Origin: an uncultured delta proteobacterium
GTDB lineage: Bacteria > Desulfobacterota > Desulfuromonadia > Desulfuromonadales > BM103
NCBI GenBank assembly: GCA_963715335.1
Contig: CAVQRZ010000029.1
Location: 1-64,000, forward strand
Direction: 5' to 3'
Length of the DNA: 64,000 nt
The position numbers and the translations under genes are program-made. The stretch's first letter is position 1, and the number at the start of each line of letters is the position of its first letter. Below the pieces are notes generated by a model. It saw only the letters and a program-made list of their open reading frames with translations, ran no database searches and was not told where the DNA came from. Of this stretch, positions 20,136 through 31,989 are shown piece after piece.

Positions 20136-21818
20136 TTAGTCGCCGGACAGCTTGGCCCAGGTGTCGCGCAGGGTCACAATCCGGTTGAAAATCAGAGCCC
20201 CTGGCTGCGAGTCTACCGTATCAACATTGAAATATCCGAGCCGCTCGAACTGAAACGCCTCGCCCGCTTCAGCATCGGCAATCCCCGGCTCCACCAGGGC
20301 CGCCAAGGTCTCGAGCGAGTCCCGGTTGATCAGTTCGCGGTAGTCGCGCGGCTTCTCTCCTGCCGGGTCGGCGACACTGAAGAGTCGGTCGTAGAGACGG
20401 ACTTCAACCGGCACGGCATGGGTCGCCGAAACCCAGTGAATGATCCCCTTGACCTTCTTGCGCCCTTCCGGCAAGGTACCCCCGCCGGTCTCCGGATCAT
20501 AACTGCAACGCAACTCCGTCACCTCGCCGGTGACCGGGTCTTTGATCACTTCATCGCAACAGATGACGTAACCGTAGCGCAAACGCACTTCACATCCAGG
20601 GCAGAGCCGGAAGAACTTTTTCGGCGGATCCTCCATGAAATCATCCCGGTCGACGTAAATCTCCCGGCTGAAAGGGATGGTCCGGGAGCCCATATCAGGG
20701 TCCTTCGGATGTTTCGCCGCGGTGAATTCTTCGACCTGTCCCTCCGGGAAGTTGGTGATGACCACCTTGAGCGGCCGCAGTACGCCCATTGCGCGCGGCG
20801 CCTTCTGATCGAGGTCATCGCGAACGCAGTCCTCGAGCACGCTCATGTCGATCACGCTGTCGCTCTTGCCAACGCCAATCCGCTCGCAGAAGGTACGGAT
20901 TGCAGCGGCGGGAAACCCGCGCCGACGCATCCCTGAAACGGTCGGCATGCGCGGATCATTCCAGCCGGTCACGTGCTTTTCCTTGACCAGTTCCAGCAGG
21001 CGGCGCTTGCTCATCACCGTGTAGGTAAGGTTCAGCCTGGCAAACTCGATCTGTTGCGGACGGTAAATCTGCAACGCCTCGCAGAGCCAGTCATAGAGGG
21101 GACGGTGGTCCTGAAACTCGAGGGTACAGAGGGAATGGGTGATCTTTTCAATCGAATCCGACTGGCCGTGGGCAAAATCGTACATTGGGTAGATGCACCA
21201 GGCATCGCCAGTGCGCGGATGGGTCGCTCTTAGAATTCGGTAAATCACCGGATCCCGCAGGTTCAGGTTCGGTGCGGCCATGTCGATTTTGGCCCTGAGG
21301 ACCCGGGAACCATCGGCGAACTCACCGGCCCGCATGCGCCGTAGCAATTCGAGGTTCTCCTCAACGCTGCGTCTCCGGTAGGGGCTCTCCTGGCCGGCTT
21401 CGGTCAGGGTGCCACGGTGTTCGCGCATCTCCTCGGGACTCAGGTCACAGACAAACGCCAACCCCCTCTCCACCAGTTTCTCCGCGTAGTCATAGAGGGT
21501 TTCGAAGTAGTCCGAGGCATGGTACTCATGCTCGCCCCACTCAAAGCCGAGCCAGCGGACATCCTCCTTGATGGCATCGATATACTCCTGCTCTTCCTTG
21601 ACCGGATTGGTGTCGTCAAAGCGCAGGTGGCAGCGTCCCCGGTAATGGCTGGCCAGGCCGAAGTTGAGGCAAATCGATTTGGCATGGCCGATATGCAGGT
21701 AGCCGTTCGGCTCCGGGGGGAAGCGGGTAACGACGGTCTGGTGCTTGCCGTTGGCAAGATCCTCGTCGATGATATTGCGAATGAAATTGGGCCCCATCTG
21801 GACCTCGGGATGATTCAT
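20136..21818 (-). CDS. glnS: Glutamine--tRNA ligase
   Basis: [38 protein letters not shown]. Confidence 0.97.
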   Translation of the reverse strand: MNHPEVQMGPNFIRNIIDEDLANGKHQTVVTRFPPEPNGYLHIGHAKSICLNFGLASHYRGRCHLRFDDTNPVKEEQEYIDAIKEDVRWLGFEWGEHEYHASDYFETLYDYAEKLVERGLAFVCDLSPEEMREHRGTLTEAGQESPYRRRSVEENLELLRRMRAGEFADGSRVLRAKIDMAAPNLNLRDPVIYRILRATHPRTGDAWCIYPMYDFAHGQSDSIEKITHSLCTLEFQDHRPLYDWLCEALQIYRPQQIEFARLNLTYTVMSKRRLLELVKEKHVTGWNDPRMPTVSGMRRRGFPAAAIRTFCERIGVGKSDSVIDMSVLEDCVRDDLDQKAPRAMGVLRPLKVVITNFPEGQVEEFTAAKHPKDPDMGSRTIPFSREIYVDRDDFMEDPPKKFFRLCPGCEVRLRYGYVICCDEVIKDPVTGEVTELRCSYDPETGGGTLPEGRKKVKGIIHWVSATHAVPVEVRLYDRLFSVADPAGEKPRDYRELINRDSLETLAALVEPGIADAEAGEAFQFERLGYFNVDTVDSQPGALIFNRIVTLRDTWAKLSGD

Positions 21819-21855
21819 GTGCCGGTGACTCCTGGTAACTCTGCTGCGTACAGGA

Positions 21856-22338
21856 CTATTGTTCGATTGTTGTCATCAGGACCACGGCGTGGGCAGAGAT
21901 CCCTTCGCCGCGGCCGGTAAAGCCGAGCCCTTCGGTGGTCGTGGCCTTGACGTTGACACTGCCGCTCGGCACCTGGCAGACTTTGGCAAGGTTGGCAACC
22001 ATCTGGGAAACGTAGGGTGCGAGTTTCGGCCTCTGGGCTACGATCGTGGTATCGAGGTTGCTGACCCGGAAGCCGCGCGTCCGGGCCAGGCCGACCACAT
22101 GCTCCAGCAGCAGCATACTGTTGATACCCTTGTATGTCGGGTCCGTATCAGGAAAATGGCGGCCGATATCCCCCAGGCCAAGGGCACCGAGAATCGCATC
22201 TGCAACCGCATGCAGCAAAACATCCGCATCAGAATGGCCCAGCAGACCGTACTCGTAGGGGACCTTCACCCCACCCAGCATCAGGGGTCGCTCCGGGACC
22301 AGGCGATGGACATCAAAACCGTGGCCGATGCGCATCAT
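21856..22338 (-). CDS. ispF: 2-C-methyl-D-erythritol 2,4-cyclodiphosphate synthase
   Basis: [34 protein letters not shown]. Confidence 0.97.
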   Translation of the reverse strand: MMRIGHGFDVHRLVPERPLMLGGVKVPYEYGLLGHSDADVLLHAVADAILGALGLGDIGRHFPDTDPTYKGINSMLLLEHVVGLARTRGFRVSNLDTTIVAQRPKLAPYVSQMVANLAKVCQVPSGSVNVKATTTEGLGFTGRGEGISAHAVVLMTTIEQ

Positions 22339-23036
22339 GTCAGGCTCACCTCTCCGCCCTCCAGCAAAGCCCTGGCCAGAATCAGGTCTGCGGGCGTCGT
22401 TATCTTGATATTGTGCGGATGACCATGCAGTACCGCGACCGGCCAACCACACCATTCGATCAGCGAAGCGTCGTCGGTGCCGGTATAACCGCCGACATGG
22501 GCCCGGCGATGCGCCTCGCGAATCCGCTCGCAACGAAAGGCCTGAGGGGTCTGGACCTGCCAGAGCAGGCGGCGGTCCAGGGTTGAACGGACCCGCCCGT
22601 CGAAAACCTCTTTGATGGTATCCTGCGCCGGGACCGCGAGCAGGGCCGCACCTTCCATGTCAGCCAGCTGCACCAGGCGCCCGATCTGGTCCTGCGGGAA
22701 GAAGGGGCGCACCCCGTCATGCACCAGGATGACATCCTGGTTCGCTGCGCCGCAGGCTTCCAGGCCGTTGCGTACCGAATCCTGGCGTTCGGTGCCACCG
22801 GCTATCACGGCACCGATCTTTTCCAGGCGGTAGTGCTCGACAATTTCACTACGACAGAACGTCACGTCTTCTTCCGGAACGATCAGATGAATTGCGGTGA
22901 TCTGGGGCAGAGTGGCAAGACGCGCCAGGGTTCGCACCAGAACCGGCTGACCGCCCAGTTCGAGATACTGTTTGCGGGTATCGCCATCCAGCCTGCGGCC
23001 ACTGCCTGCTGCCGGAACCAGGACGTGTACATTCAT
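22335..23036 (-). CDS. ispD: 2-C-methyl-D-erythritol 4-phosphate cytidylyltransferase
   Basis: [36 protein letters not shown]. Confidence 0.97.
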   Translation of the reverse strand: MNVHVLVPAAGSGRRLDGDTRKQYLELGGQPVLVRTLARLATLPQITAIHLIVPEEDVTFCRSEIVEHYRLEKIGAVIAGGTERQDSVRNGLEACGAANQDVILVHDGVRPFFPQDQIGRLVQLADMEGAALLAVPAQDTIKEVFDGRVRSTLDRRLLWQVQTPQAFRCERIREAHRRAHVGGYTGTDDASLIEWCGWPVAVLHGHPHNIKITTPADLILARALLEGGEVSLT

Positions 23037-23148
23037 AAATTTTCCTGTCGTCTTCAGTGAAGGCAGGTCAGGTTGCTTGAATTGTTATATTTATCGTATT
23101 TACCTTCACTTGAAAATCATTAATCACAGATTCTGCCCGATCAGGCAC

Positions 23149-23185
23149 AAAAAAGCCGGGTGCCTGTCAGCACCCGACTAAAAAA
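23149..23185 (-). terminator. Terminator hairpin downstream of carD
   Basis: GCCGGGTGC-CTGTCA-GCACCCGAC stem flanked by A-tracts, giving a U-tract on the minus strand. Confidence 0.7.
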
Positions 23186-23205
23186 CCTTGTTCAGTCACA
23201 TTCAA

Positions 23206-23688
23206 TCAGTTGACCATCTTTTCGAGCCGCTGGGAAACTTTCTCTTCGGCAACCCCTTCAGCAAGGGCCAACTCCTTGATCAGCAATCTGCGCGCCAGTT
23301 CCAGAACCTTCTTTTCCCCGTAAGAGAGTTCTTTCGATTCCTTGATCAGGTACAGTTCGCGCAAAACCTCTGCGACATCCTGCGGATTACCGGTCCTGAT
23401 CTTATCGTTGTATTCGCGCTGGCGCCTGCTCCAGGAGGCAATCGAAAGGACTTCGGCTTGCTTTTCCTCGAGGACACTGTATATTGTCTCGACCTTGTCT
23501 TTGCTGATAAGGTTGCGCAAACCCACCTGGTTGGCATTACCAACCGGAACCATGATCGTCATATCGTTGTCGATGATACGCAGGATATAAAAATCGTGGG
23601 TCTGGCCACAAAACTCGCGGGATTCAATCTTCTCAACAACGCCTACTCCCTGTGCGGGGTAAACAGCACGATCACCAATTTTAAACAT
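23206..23688 (-). CDS. carD: CarD family transcriptional regulator
   Basis: MFKIGDRAVYPAQGVG, WSRR, AEVLRELY; conserved carD-ispDF context. Confidence 0.95.
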   Translation of the reverse strand: MFKIGDRAVYPAQGVGVVEKIESREFCGQTHDFYILRIIDNDMTIMVPVGNANQVGLRNLISKDKVETIYSVLEEKQAEVLSIASWSRRQREYNDKIRTGNPQDVAEVLRELYLIKESKELSYGEKKVLELARRLLIKELALAEGVAEEKVSQRLEKMVN

Positions 23689-23817
23689 TCGTTTTTCTCC
23701 TATGGAAACCAACAGACTACCACAGAAGCCCCTCTTGGTCAAGAAAACCACTGATTCTTTGCGGGTTTGTTTATCAGGCAACCCTTCAGCGACAAACCAA
23801 AATGCCGGGAGGAGAGC

Positions 23818-24732
23818 ATGCGAATCGGCGTGATCGGCGCCGGGGCCCTGGGCCTCTACTACGGCGCCCTTCTGCAGCGGGGCGGGCACGACGTGCACTT
23901 CCTGATGCGCCGCGACTTTCAGGCGGTCTCCAGCGGAGGACTCAAGGTCACCTCGCCGCGGGGAGATTTCCACCTCGCCGAGGTCAAGGCCTACCGGAAC
24001 AGCCGGGAGATCGGTCCGGTAGACCTGGTCCTGGTTGGCCTCAAGGCCTACGCCAACGACCAGCTGGTCGCGCTGACCCGCCCCCTGGTCGCAACCGGGA
24101 CAACCATCCTGACCTTGCAGAACGGCCTCGGCAACGAAGAGGTCCTGGCAAGCGCCTTCGATCGGCGGCAGATCATCGGCGGCGTCGCTTTCCTCTGCTG
24201 CAATCGCGGCGAACCGGGCACCGTTTATCACCTCGACCAGGGTTCAATTCGGATCGCTCAATTTGCTGGCGACCTCAGCACCCGGACCGAACAGCTCGCC
24301 GAAACCTTCAGCCAGGCCGGCATCCCCTGCGAGGCCTGCGCAGACCTCACCAGGATCCGCTGGGAGAAACTGGTCTGGAACATCCCTTTCAACGGCCTCT
24401 GTGCCCTGACCGGCCTGCCCACCGACCGGCTGCTGAACTGCCCGGAGACCCGGCAGCTGATCGCCGACCTGATGCAGGAGGTCATCGATGCCGCCAACCG
24501 GCAGGGCTTCTCGCAACCGATCGAGGGACCGGCCTTCATCGCACGCATGCTGCAGGTGACCGAGGGGATGGGCGCCTACCGGCCGAGCATGATGGTCGAC
24601 CGGCAACAGGCGGCCCCCCTCGAACTTGATGCGATCTACCGCATCCCCCTGCAGCGCGCCGCAGCAGCCGGCGCGCCGATGACCCGTGTGACGATGCTGC
24701 ACGCCCTGCTCGAAGCAACGGAAACCCGGTAA
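23818..24732 (+). CDS. panE: 2-dehydropantoate 2-reductase
   Basis: IGAGALG, LQNGLG, WEKLVWN, PSM..D, ELDAI. Confidence 0.92.
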   Translation: MRIGVIGAGALGLYYGALLQRGGHDVHFLMRRDFQAVSSGGLKVTSPRGDFHLAEVKAYRNSREIGPVDLVLVGLKAYANDQLVALTRPLVATGTTILTLQNGLGNEEVLASAFDRRQIIGGVAFLCCNRGEPGTVYHLDQGSIRIAQFAGDLSTRTEQLAETFSQAGIPCEACADLTRIRWEKLVWNIPFNGLCALTGLPTDRLLNCPETRQLIADLMQEVIDAANRQGFSQPIEGPAFIARMLQVTEGMGAYRPSMMVDRQQAAPLELDAIYRIPLQRAAAAGAPMTRVTMLHALLEATETR

Positions 24733-24916
24733 GCCTTGAAGGGCCTCAAATCGCTGGACCGCAGCGCACCAAACCGGGCCCCCACTCTGAAAGCTGCCCC
24801 TTTTAAGCGTGGTGCCATGCAAAAGTTACACGTTTGTGTCACAGCCTCTAGCCTGTAACATATGACCAGAGCTGCAATATCAATGAGTTAGGCCATTACC
24901 CCTTTCACCATCTCGA

Positions 24917-24932
24917 TGGCTCGCAACTTGCA
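24917..24932 (+). promoter_or_regulatory. Sigma54 (-24/-12) promoter of the pilVWX-Y1 operon
   Basis: TGGCtcgcaacTTGCA with exact GG-N10-GC spacing, about 46 nt upstream of the ATG. Confidence 0.7.
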
Positions 24933-24978
24933 AAAGCTATTTAAATCTCAGTTTAATCGTGGTCGATGGAGGATATAA

Positions 24979-25416
24979 ATGCCTGCTGCTAAAAACACCC
25001 AATCCGGATTCTCGCTTGTTGAGCTGCTGACGGCTGTGATGATTCTGGCTGTTGGTCTACTGGCTCTGGCACAGTTGCAGATCTCGGCGATCAAGGCCAA
25101 CACGCAGAGCGATTCAATTACTGTTGCTAATGCACTTGCCCAGAAGGTCGTTGAAGACGTTGCGGCGATGTCCGCGGACGAGCCGATTTTTTCCACGGCG
25201 GTCACCGGTGCGACCTGGGACGGAAGCCCTTTTACCGTTGACGGCGCCGGGGTTTACAACGTGACCTATGATGTGGTGCCAAACTATCCTCCGGCGTCCC
25301 CGGTTACTGGCCTTTCCCAGGTCACTTTTCATGTGCGCAGTGCCGGCGCGATCGCAAATATTCTTGGCAACAGACAGCGAAGCGTAGATGCCATAACTTT
25401 TAAGCGGTCATTTTAG
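24979..25416 (+). CDS. pilV: Type IV minor pilin, PilV-like
   Basis: G|FSLVE prepilin site; ILAVGLLALAQLQ. Confidence 0.85.
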   Translation: MPAAKNTQSGFSLVELLTAVMILAVGLLALAQLQISAIKANTQSDSITVANALAQKVVEDVAAMSADEPIFSTAVTGATWDGSPFTVDGAGVYNVTYDVVPNYPPASPVTGLSQVTFHVRSAGAIANILGNRQRSVDAITFKRSF

Positions 25417-25424
25417 GAGCCTGG

Positions 25425-26291
25425 ATGTTGAACGTCATGAGAGAGAAGGGCAAGGTTACACGGCAGCGGGGGCTGACCCTGGTGGAAATGCTTGTCGTGA
25501 TGGCCATTTTGGGGGTCGTCGTCATGGCGACGATGAGCCTGTTTATCCCCGCAGTTCGCTCGACGACTGTGCAGACCCAAGTCAGTGATGTGCAAGCCAA
25601 CCTCCGCCTGGCTTTGAATACTATGACCCAGGACCTGCTGCTGGCCGGGTTCCTGGTGAGCCCCGGAGACGTGACTGGCGGCGGCGCTGCCGGGGCCATT
25701 TATTGGCAAGGCGACGTCACACCGAACGATACGGACGACCTCACCATCCGCACCCGCACAGCGGATAACGCTTTTGGCCGGGTCATTGCCTACGACCCTG
25801 GCAAGCTTGGCTTGAGCGATCCGGAGATGGCTTCACTCTTTCCTCCTGGAACGAAGATCAGGCTGTTTCAACCGATGACGGCTGATGAGTTTGAGCCCGG
25901 CGTTCTTTATAACGTAACCGATAACGCCACACCCGCCACGATCGATGCGGTGACTTATCCCACCCTGATGTTTACACCCAACCCGGCAGTCGATGTGCCC
26001 AAGGAAACGGTTGTTGTGAAAGTAAGAGATGGCGCGGCGCCTTCCTTGCAGACGATCCGTTATCGGGTGGCTGATGGCGCCTTGCAGCGGATCGTCAATG
26101 GTACGACTCAGCTCCTGGCGCGCGATGTGGCTTCAGTATCGTTTGCCTATGAAGCTTCGGCAACGGGCGCGGTCAAGCGTGTCGATATCACTTTGACCGG
26201 ACAGCCGGTTAGCTTGGCTGGTGGCGGCATTGAGTCCAGCACAAAAGACCGCAGCCTGTTTACTTCTGTTGCTCTACGCAATGTCTATTAG
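25425..26291 (+). CDS. pilW: Type IV minor pilin, PilW-like
   Basis: G|LTLVE; VQANLRLAL..DLLLAG; C-terminal VALRN. Confidence 0.85.
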   Translation: MLNVMREKGKVTRQRGLTLVEMLVVMAILGVVVMATMSLFIPAVRSTTVQTQVSDVQANLRLALNTMTQDLLLAGFLVSPGDVTGGGAAGAIYWQGDVTPNDTDDLTIRTRTADNAFGRVIAYDPGKLGLSDPEMASLFPPGTKIRLFQPMTADEFEPGVLYNVTDNATPATIDAVTYPTLMFTPNPAVDVPKETVVVKVRDGAAPSLQTIRYRVADGALQRIVNGTTQLLARDVASVSFAYEASATGAVKRVDITLTGQPVSLAGGGIESSTKDRSLFTSVALRNVY

Positions 26292-26301
26292 GGAGCGTCT
26301 C

Positions 26302-26844
26302 ATGCACCACTTGAAAGAAAGACCCCGGAATCAAGAAAGTGGCATGGCCTTAATTATGGCTATTGGTTTTCTTGCCATCTTGAGCCTGCTCGGCGCCCTT
26401 GTCATGCGTGTCTCCACAGGCGACCTTAAAGCGTCAGGGCGACAGGAGCCCAGGAAACAGGTTTTTTATGCTGCAGACCGTGCCATCGAGTATTCGATGA
26501 CCCGTGGCCTGATTTTAAACATGCCGGTAAACGGGGAAGTGGACCTGGTGAACGACAACCTTTTCGGGACAACCGTAAAACACAGAGAGGTCATTGACTC
26601 TGCCGACAGCGTATTGACCGCTGGCAAGGTTTCCGATGTCGGACCGAATGATATGCCCGCCGCCATCGCCGGCCTGTTTGGTGAAGATTTCGGTGCCAAC
26701 TACTACCATGTCGAAGCCAAAGCCGAAACCGTACGAACCGGCGCCGGTGGAGCGCCTCTTGCAACCGCGAATACCAACGCCAGTATTGTCCGCCTCTTCA
26801 AGCGCGATGACGACACCATTTTCCGCACCTCCCGAGGAGGGTAA
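26302..26844 (+). CDS. pilX: Type IV minor pilin, PilX-like
   Basis: G|MALIM with no Glu5; FYAAD motif. Confidence 0.8.
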   Translation: MHHLKERPRNQESGMALIMAIGFLAILSLLGALVMRVSTGDLKASGRQEPRKQVFYAADRAIEYSMTRGLILNMPVNGEVDLVNDNLFGTTVKHREVIDSADSVLTAGKVSDVGPNDMPAAIAGLFGEDFGANYYHVEAKAETVRTGAGGAPLATANTNASIVRLFKRDDDTIFRTSRGG

Positions 26845-26846
26845 TC

Positions 26847-29800
26847 ATGTTTAGATGCCATTGGGTTTTCCTGCTTTTGACCATACTTGTACTCGGCGAT
26901 GTGAATATCGCCGCGGCTGTCGAGCCAGACGACTATCTGGGTGACGCGGCGATCTACACCGGTGTCCCCAGCCTGCGGCCGAGGCCGAACGTCCTGCTGC
27001 TGATCGACACCAGCCGGGCGACGATGAATCGCGCCCCGGGACAGGGGTACGATCCGGCGGAGTCATACAGCAGCGCTGACGGCTTCATCAACGATCGTAT
27101 TTATATCGGCGACAACTTCGGCGAGTTCAACCCGTCCAAGCCGCTCGGCACGGTGACGCTGTTCAATACCGGCGGCGATTACGTCAACTGCACGACCAGC
27201 TACGACGTGACCGACCCGGACACCAGCACAACGGTGACGAAAACGGTCAACGTGCAGAGCATCCTGGCCGACAACGGCACCTACTCGGGCGCCGGGTCGA
27301 TTGACATGTTTCCCGTCCTCGACACGGACGGAACCTGTGCCGGGGCATCCAAGGGCAAGGTCTACGCGACCGGCAATTACCTGAATTACACCCATTCAGA
27401 CGCCGTTGTCGATGCCGGCTCGATCATTATTCAACATACCTTTGGCTCGTCTACAACCTGTGAAAGAATCCGCAATCCGAGCGGCAAAGGCTGGATTACC
27501 AATTGCGGGCCCTTTACCAGGAACTATCTCCTGACGGCTGACCTGGCGAGCACTGTCGGTGCGGCTGGTGAACCCGGCATCGGTTCCAACTGGACGCTTT
27601 ACTGGAGCGAGACCAGCTCGTCGCCCCGACATACCCCAGAGTCATTCCGGGCGACCTCTCCTCGGCCTGGACCGGGGCCGATGGCTGGAGCCTGGGAACA
27701 AATTATTACCTGCCTGTCTCTGCGGCCGCCTTGACCCAGCGCGAAGCTTTTTACGATGCCCTGGTGCCGGTTATCAACGGCGCCAGTACATCGGTCAACT
27801 TCGGCTTCCTCACCTACAACCCGAACAACCAGGGCGCCGTGCTCGGCTACCATATGAATAATTTCGGCGAAGATCCGAGCGCCTTGATTGCGGCTTTGCC
27901 GACGGTCGATTCCGACAGTGACGGCGAGCTCTGGTCGAACGCCCCGCGCTCATTAATTCCGGGCCGAACCGGCCTCAATCCGAGGCGTTGTATGATGCCG
28001 GTCACTATTTCATGATCGACAACGGCGCTTTCACCCCGGTGTATCGCAACAAAAACGGCTCCCTGCCAAACAAGCAGAAGGTCAACAACGGCGCCCCGCA
28101 GCTGCCCGCCGGGCAAGGCAACATCTGCGGCTACAATCATATTATCCTGCTCACCAACGGCCTGCCCAATCAGGACACCAGGACCCCTGACCTGGGTGAC
28201 TACGACAACGACGCCTACGGTAACGAAGGCGTCTACGGCGCCGGCTCCCACTATCTGGACGACGTTGCCTATTACCTGCAAAACATTGTCGATATCAATG
28301 GTGATGGCCAGCCCGGCGACATTACCGTCCACACCGTGCTGGCGTTTCAGACCGAGGATGACCTGATCCAGAATACTGCAGAAGATGGCGGCGGCCTGTT
28401 TTACAACGTCGCCGACACCAACGGCCTGACCAAGGCGCTGCAGGAGATTCTGGCCAACATCGTCAGTGAATCGGACACGGCTTTCGTCGCCCCGGTTGTG
28501 CCTGCCAGTTCCACCAACCGGACCATCAGCAGCAACAAGGTTTACCTCGGCCTGTTCAAGCCGCAAACCAACAAAGCGTGGCACGGCAACCTCAAAAAGT
28601 ACAAAGTCAGCAGCAAAAACGAGCTGCTTGATGTGCGGGGTAATCGTGCCACCGATGCCGAAGGCGATTTCGTCTACTCGCAGTCTTACTGGGGGACCGG
28701 CCTGGTTGGCGGCGTCACCAAGATCATGGGCGCAGAGGGCCCGCGTAACGTGGTTCCCGCGACCTACGATCCGGACGATATCAACAATAACACGATTGAT
28801 GTCCATGGCGGCGACGGCGGCATCGTTGATGCCGGCGGCGCTGGCGGCACCCTGCAAGCCCGTGATTTAACGACCAATCCGCGCAAGCTTTTCACATATC
28901 TTGGCAGCGCCGAGTTGAGCGATGGGACCAATGATCTTGCCGACGCGACCATCGCCCAGCTGGGAGTCCCTGATGTCGCGGCCAAGGACCAGCTGGTAAG
29001 TTACATGCAAGGGTTTGACGCCTACAGCACCGTGCCCACCGCCAAGCGGGAATGGATCTTCGGCGATATCCTGCACTCGAAACCACTGGTCTTTAACTAC
29101 AACGAATACACTGACAGTCTCGAATCGACCTGTTCGGACTTCTCGGATATGACGGCAGCTTTCAACTCTTCGGTGATCTTCGTTGGCGCCAACGACGGCA
29201 TGCTACACGCGTTCCGCGATTGCGACGGCGAGGAACTGTGGGGGTTTGTCCCTCCCAGCCTGCTCGGTGATTTAAAGAACCTGCCGCTGCCCGGGCACGA
29301 GTATTACGTCGACGCTCCGCCCTCTGCATACGTGCATGATTTTAACAACAACGGGATTATCGAGGAAACCGACGGCGATATCGTGGTTTTGATCTTCGGC
29401 TTGCGCCGGGGTGGCGGTATGGCTCATCTGAGCGCCACCGGCTCCCGCGGCTCCTACATTGCCATTGACGTCAGCAACCCCGTCGAACCCCGCTTCCTGT
29501 GGGAGATCGAGAATACGACCTCGGCGGATTTCAGTGAGCTCGGTGAAACCTGGAGCCAGCCGCGTCTGCACAAGATCATGGATGGGGCGACCGAAAAGCT
29601 GGTGGCCTTTATCGGCGCGGGCTACGACAACAACGAAGACCGGCGCTGGGGCAACACACAGGGCTTCCCCACTTCCGTCGTATCGGCCCCGGTTGACCCC
29701 GCAACAGATACCGATACGACCGTGGCGAGCGATGACGGTAATCCAGGCATTTTTTACGCAGGAGTGACTTCCGCCACGGGAGCTGGACAACTTAATCCCA

Positions 29801-30912
29801 AGGGGCGCGGGTTGTACGTGATCGAAGTCGCAACGCTCAGCAAGGATATCAACGGCGACTACACCCCCGATTTTACCAACACGGGTTCATTCGTATGGAA
29901 GTACACCTACGCCGATGACACGGCCAATATGAAGTTTTCCATCCCTTCCGACCTGGCGGTTCTCGATTGGGACGGCGACGGCTTTGCCGATCGTGTCTAC
30001 GCCGGCGATACGGGAGGGCAATTATGGCGGTTTGATCTGCCAATCGACCGAATCTCTACCCCTGGCTTTCCGAATGGTGACAAGAACGCCTGGAATGCAA
30101 GGATCATTTTCAAGACCAACCCCGGATACACGGGGAGCGTCGATAACAGCGGGACTGTGAGCAGTTCAATTGACTGGACGGTCGGTAAAAAGATCTTCTA
30201 TCGCCCTTCGGTTGCCCGGTCAGGACCACACGCGATCCTGTTTTTCGGCACCGGCGATCGCGAACACCCTCTGAACCTGGCCTCAGCCGATCGGATGTAT
30301 ATGCTCTATGATCGCGGCCAGGGTGCTGCCACCGATAATGTCTCGACCATATATTATGATGAAAGGACCATTATCAATGAGAGCCACCTGGTCGATGTGA
30401 CGGGTAATGAGCTGCAGAACGGCACGATAGACCAGGTGACCGGTGTGCTGAACGCACTGAATGCCCCGGGGAACTTCGGTTGGTATATCCGCCTGGAAAA
30501 TCCCGGAGAAAAGATGCTCGCTCCGCCGGTGGTGTTCTTCGGCCAGGTTTTTTATACCACCTACGCGCCGTTGGTCGGTGCCGTCTCCGGTTGCGAGGTC
30601 GGCAACCTCGGGGTCTCGCGACTTTACCACCTGGATTTCAAAACCGGTGAAGCGGTCTTTGATTACGACAAAACCAATAATACCGATGACGTTTCGGGCA
30701 ACGCAAGAGCGGCCGGTAAAGACGGCGTTGTTTTGAAAAAAACCGACCGGGTCCGTAATCTCGGCGAAGGGATCCCTTCCGGTATCGTGACTCTGATTGA
30801 TGCCAGTGGTCAGGTCACCATGATGATCAGTGCCAGCAACCGGGTCGGAACCTACCAGGCTCCTGATGCGAAACTGATTACTCCCGTTTACTGGATGCAA
30901 TGGAACAACTGA
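26847..30912 (+). CDS. pilY1: PilY1/PilC pilus-tip adhesin, interrupted by two frameshifts (~27620, ~27930)
   Basis: Signal peptide; PNVLLLIDTS vWA-like start; EALYDAG; GDILHS; VGANDGMLHAF; ELWGFVP; GETWSQP; Ca-binding DWDGDGFAD; YAGDTGGQLWRFD. Confidence 0.88.
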
Positions 30913-30929
30913 TCTCAACACCTTGAGCT

Positions 30930-30970
30930 CAACAGGCCCGGTCGGCGGCGTAAGTCGGCCGGGCCTGTTG
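30930..30970. terminator. Intergenic hairpin after pilY1
   Basis: CAACAGGCCCGG..CCGGGCCTGTTG stem. Confidence 0.5.
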
Positions 30971-31022
30971 CGTTACGTCATCACGTCACCGGGGAAGCCT
31001 TTCTGCCGGGGGGAAAGTCAAC

Positions 31023-31970
31023 ATGCGCGACTTAGCTTTATTGATTGCTGCGGGGTGCTGTCTCTTCACGTTGTCGGCTTGCGGCGAGGAGTCCCTGCCG
31101 GAAAGCAAACAGGTGAATAAAACCCCGTCAGCCGTTGCCGTCCGAGACAGCGCCAAAGCCGGGACCGTCCCGGTGCAGCAGGCGAGCGGCAGCATCCAAC
31201 TGCGAATCCTGCCGGATGAGCCGAAAGCCACGGACTGTCTCAGTGTCGTGGTTGTTGGTCAACCCGGTCGTCCCGGGATTCGCTGGCAAGTCAATGGACA
31301 GCTCTTGAAGGAGCAGTCGGACAGCCGCTTGTGTGGCGACTTCTTCAAACGCGGCGACCTGGTGACGGCAGAAGCCGGCACAAAAGATCTTGGCGGCAGA
31401 GTGACTGTCACGATAGGCAACGCACCACCCATGGTGACGGATATCTCTGCAACCCCTGAACAGGTTGCCGCCGGTCAACCATTAACCGTTATTCCGATCG
31501 CAACGGATGCCGATGGTGATGATGTTGATTTCACCTACCAATGGCTGGTTAACGGCGAGGCGGACCCTCTGTTGACCGAAGCGACGCTCCCGGGAGACAA
31601 GTTCTCAAAAGGTGATTCTGTGCAGGTCCTGATCGTGCCGAACGATTTTTATGAAGATGGCCCTACCTACGAGAGCTATGCAATGGTGGTTCCCAACGCC
31701 GCGCCGCAAATCATTTCACAACCGCCGCAGGGCATCTCTTCTCTCGATTATACCTACCAGGTGGAAGCAAAGGATCCGGATGATAGCCAGTTTACCTACC
31801 GTTTGTCTGCAGCCCCAGATCGGATGACTATTGATGAAACCAGCGGGCTGGTTCAATGGAGCCTGATTGATGTTCCTCCCGGAGAGTACACCATTGTTAT
31901 CATTGTTACAGACCCCGACGGCGCTGAAGCGAGCCAGGGGTATACTTTGACACTCGGTGCCCCGCAGTAA
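31023..31970 (+). CDS. Lipoprotein with tandem Ig-like/cadherin-like domains
   Basis: Lipobox LSAC; repeated NAPP/NAAP..ATDADGD/AKDPDD; VTDPDGA. Confidence 0.82.
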   Translation: MRDLALLIAAGCCLFTLSACGEESLPESKQVNKTPSAVAVRDSAKAGTVPVQQASGSIQLRILPDEPKATDCLSVVVVGQPGRPGIRWQVNGQLLKEQSDSRLCGDFFKRGDLVTAEAGTKDLGGRVTVTIGNAPPMVTDISATPEQVAAGQPLTVIPIATDADGDDVDFTYQWLVNGEADPLLTEATLPGDKFSKGDSVQVLIVPNDFYEDGPTYESYAMVVPNAAPQIISQPPQGISSLDYTYQVEAKDPDDSQFTYRLSAAPDRMTIDETSGLVQWSLIDVPPGEYTIVIIVTDPDGAEASQGYTLTLGAPQ

Positions 31971-31989
31971 AGGCTTGGGCCCTGCAAGA

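Noticed and set aside
23206..24231. 341-aa N-terminally extended CarD
   Set aside because: The extension is the antisense shadow of panE; the real start is ATG 23688 with an RBS.
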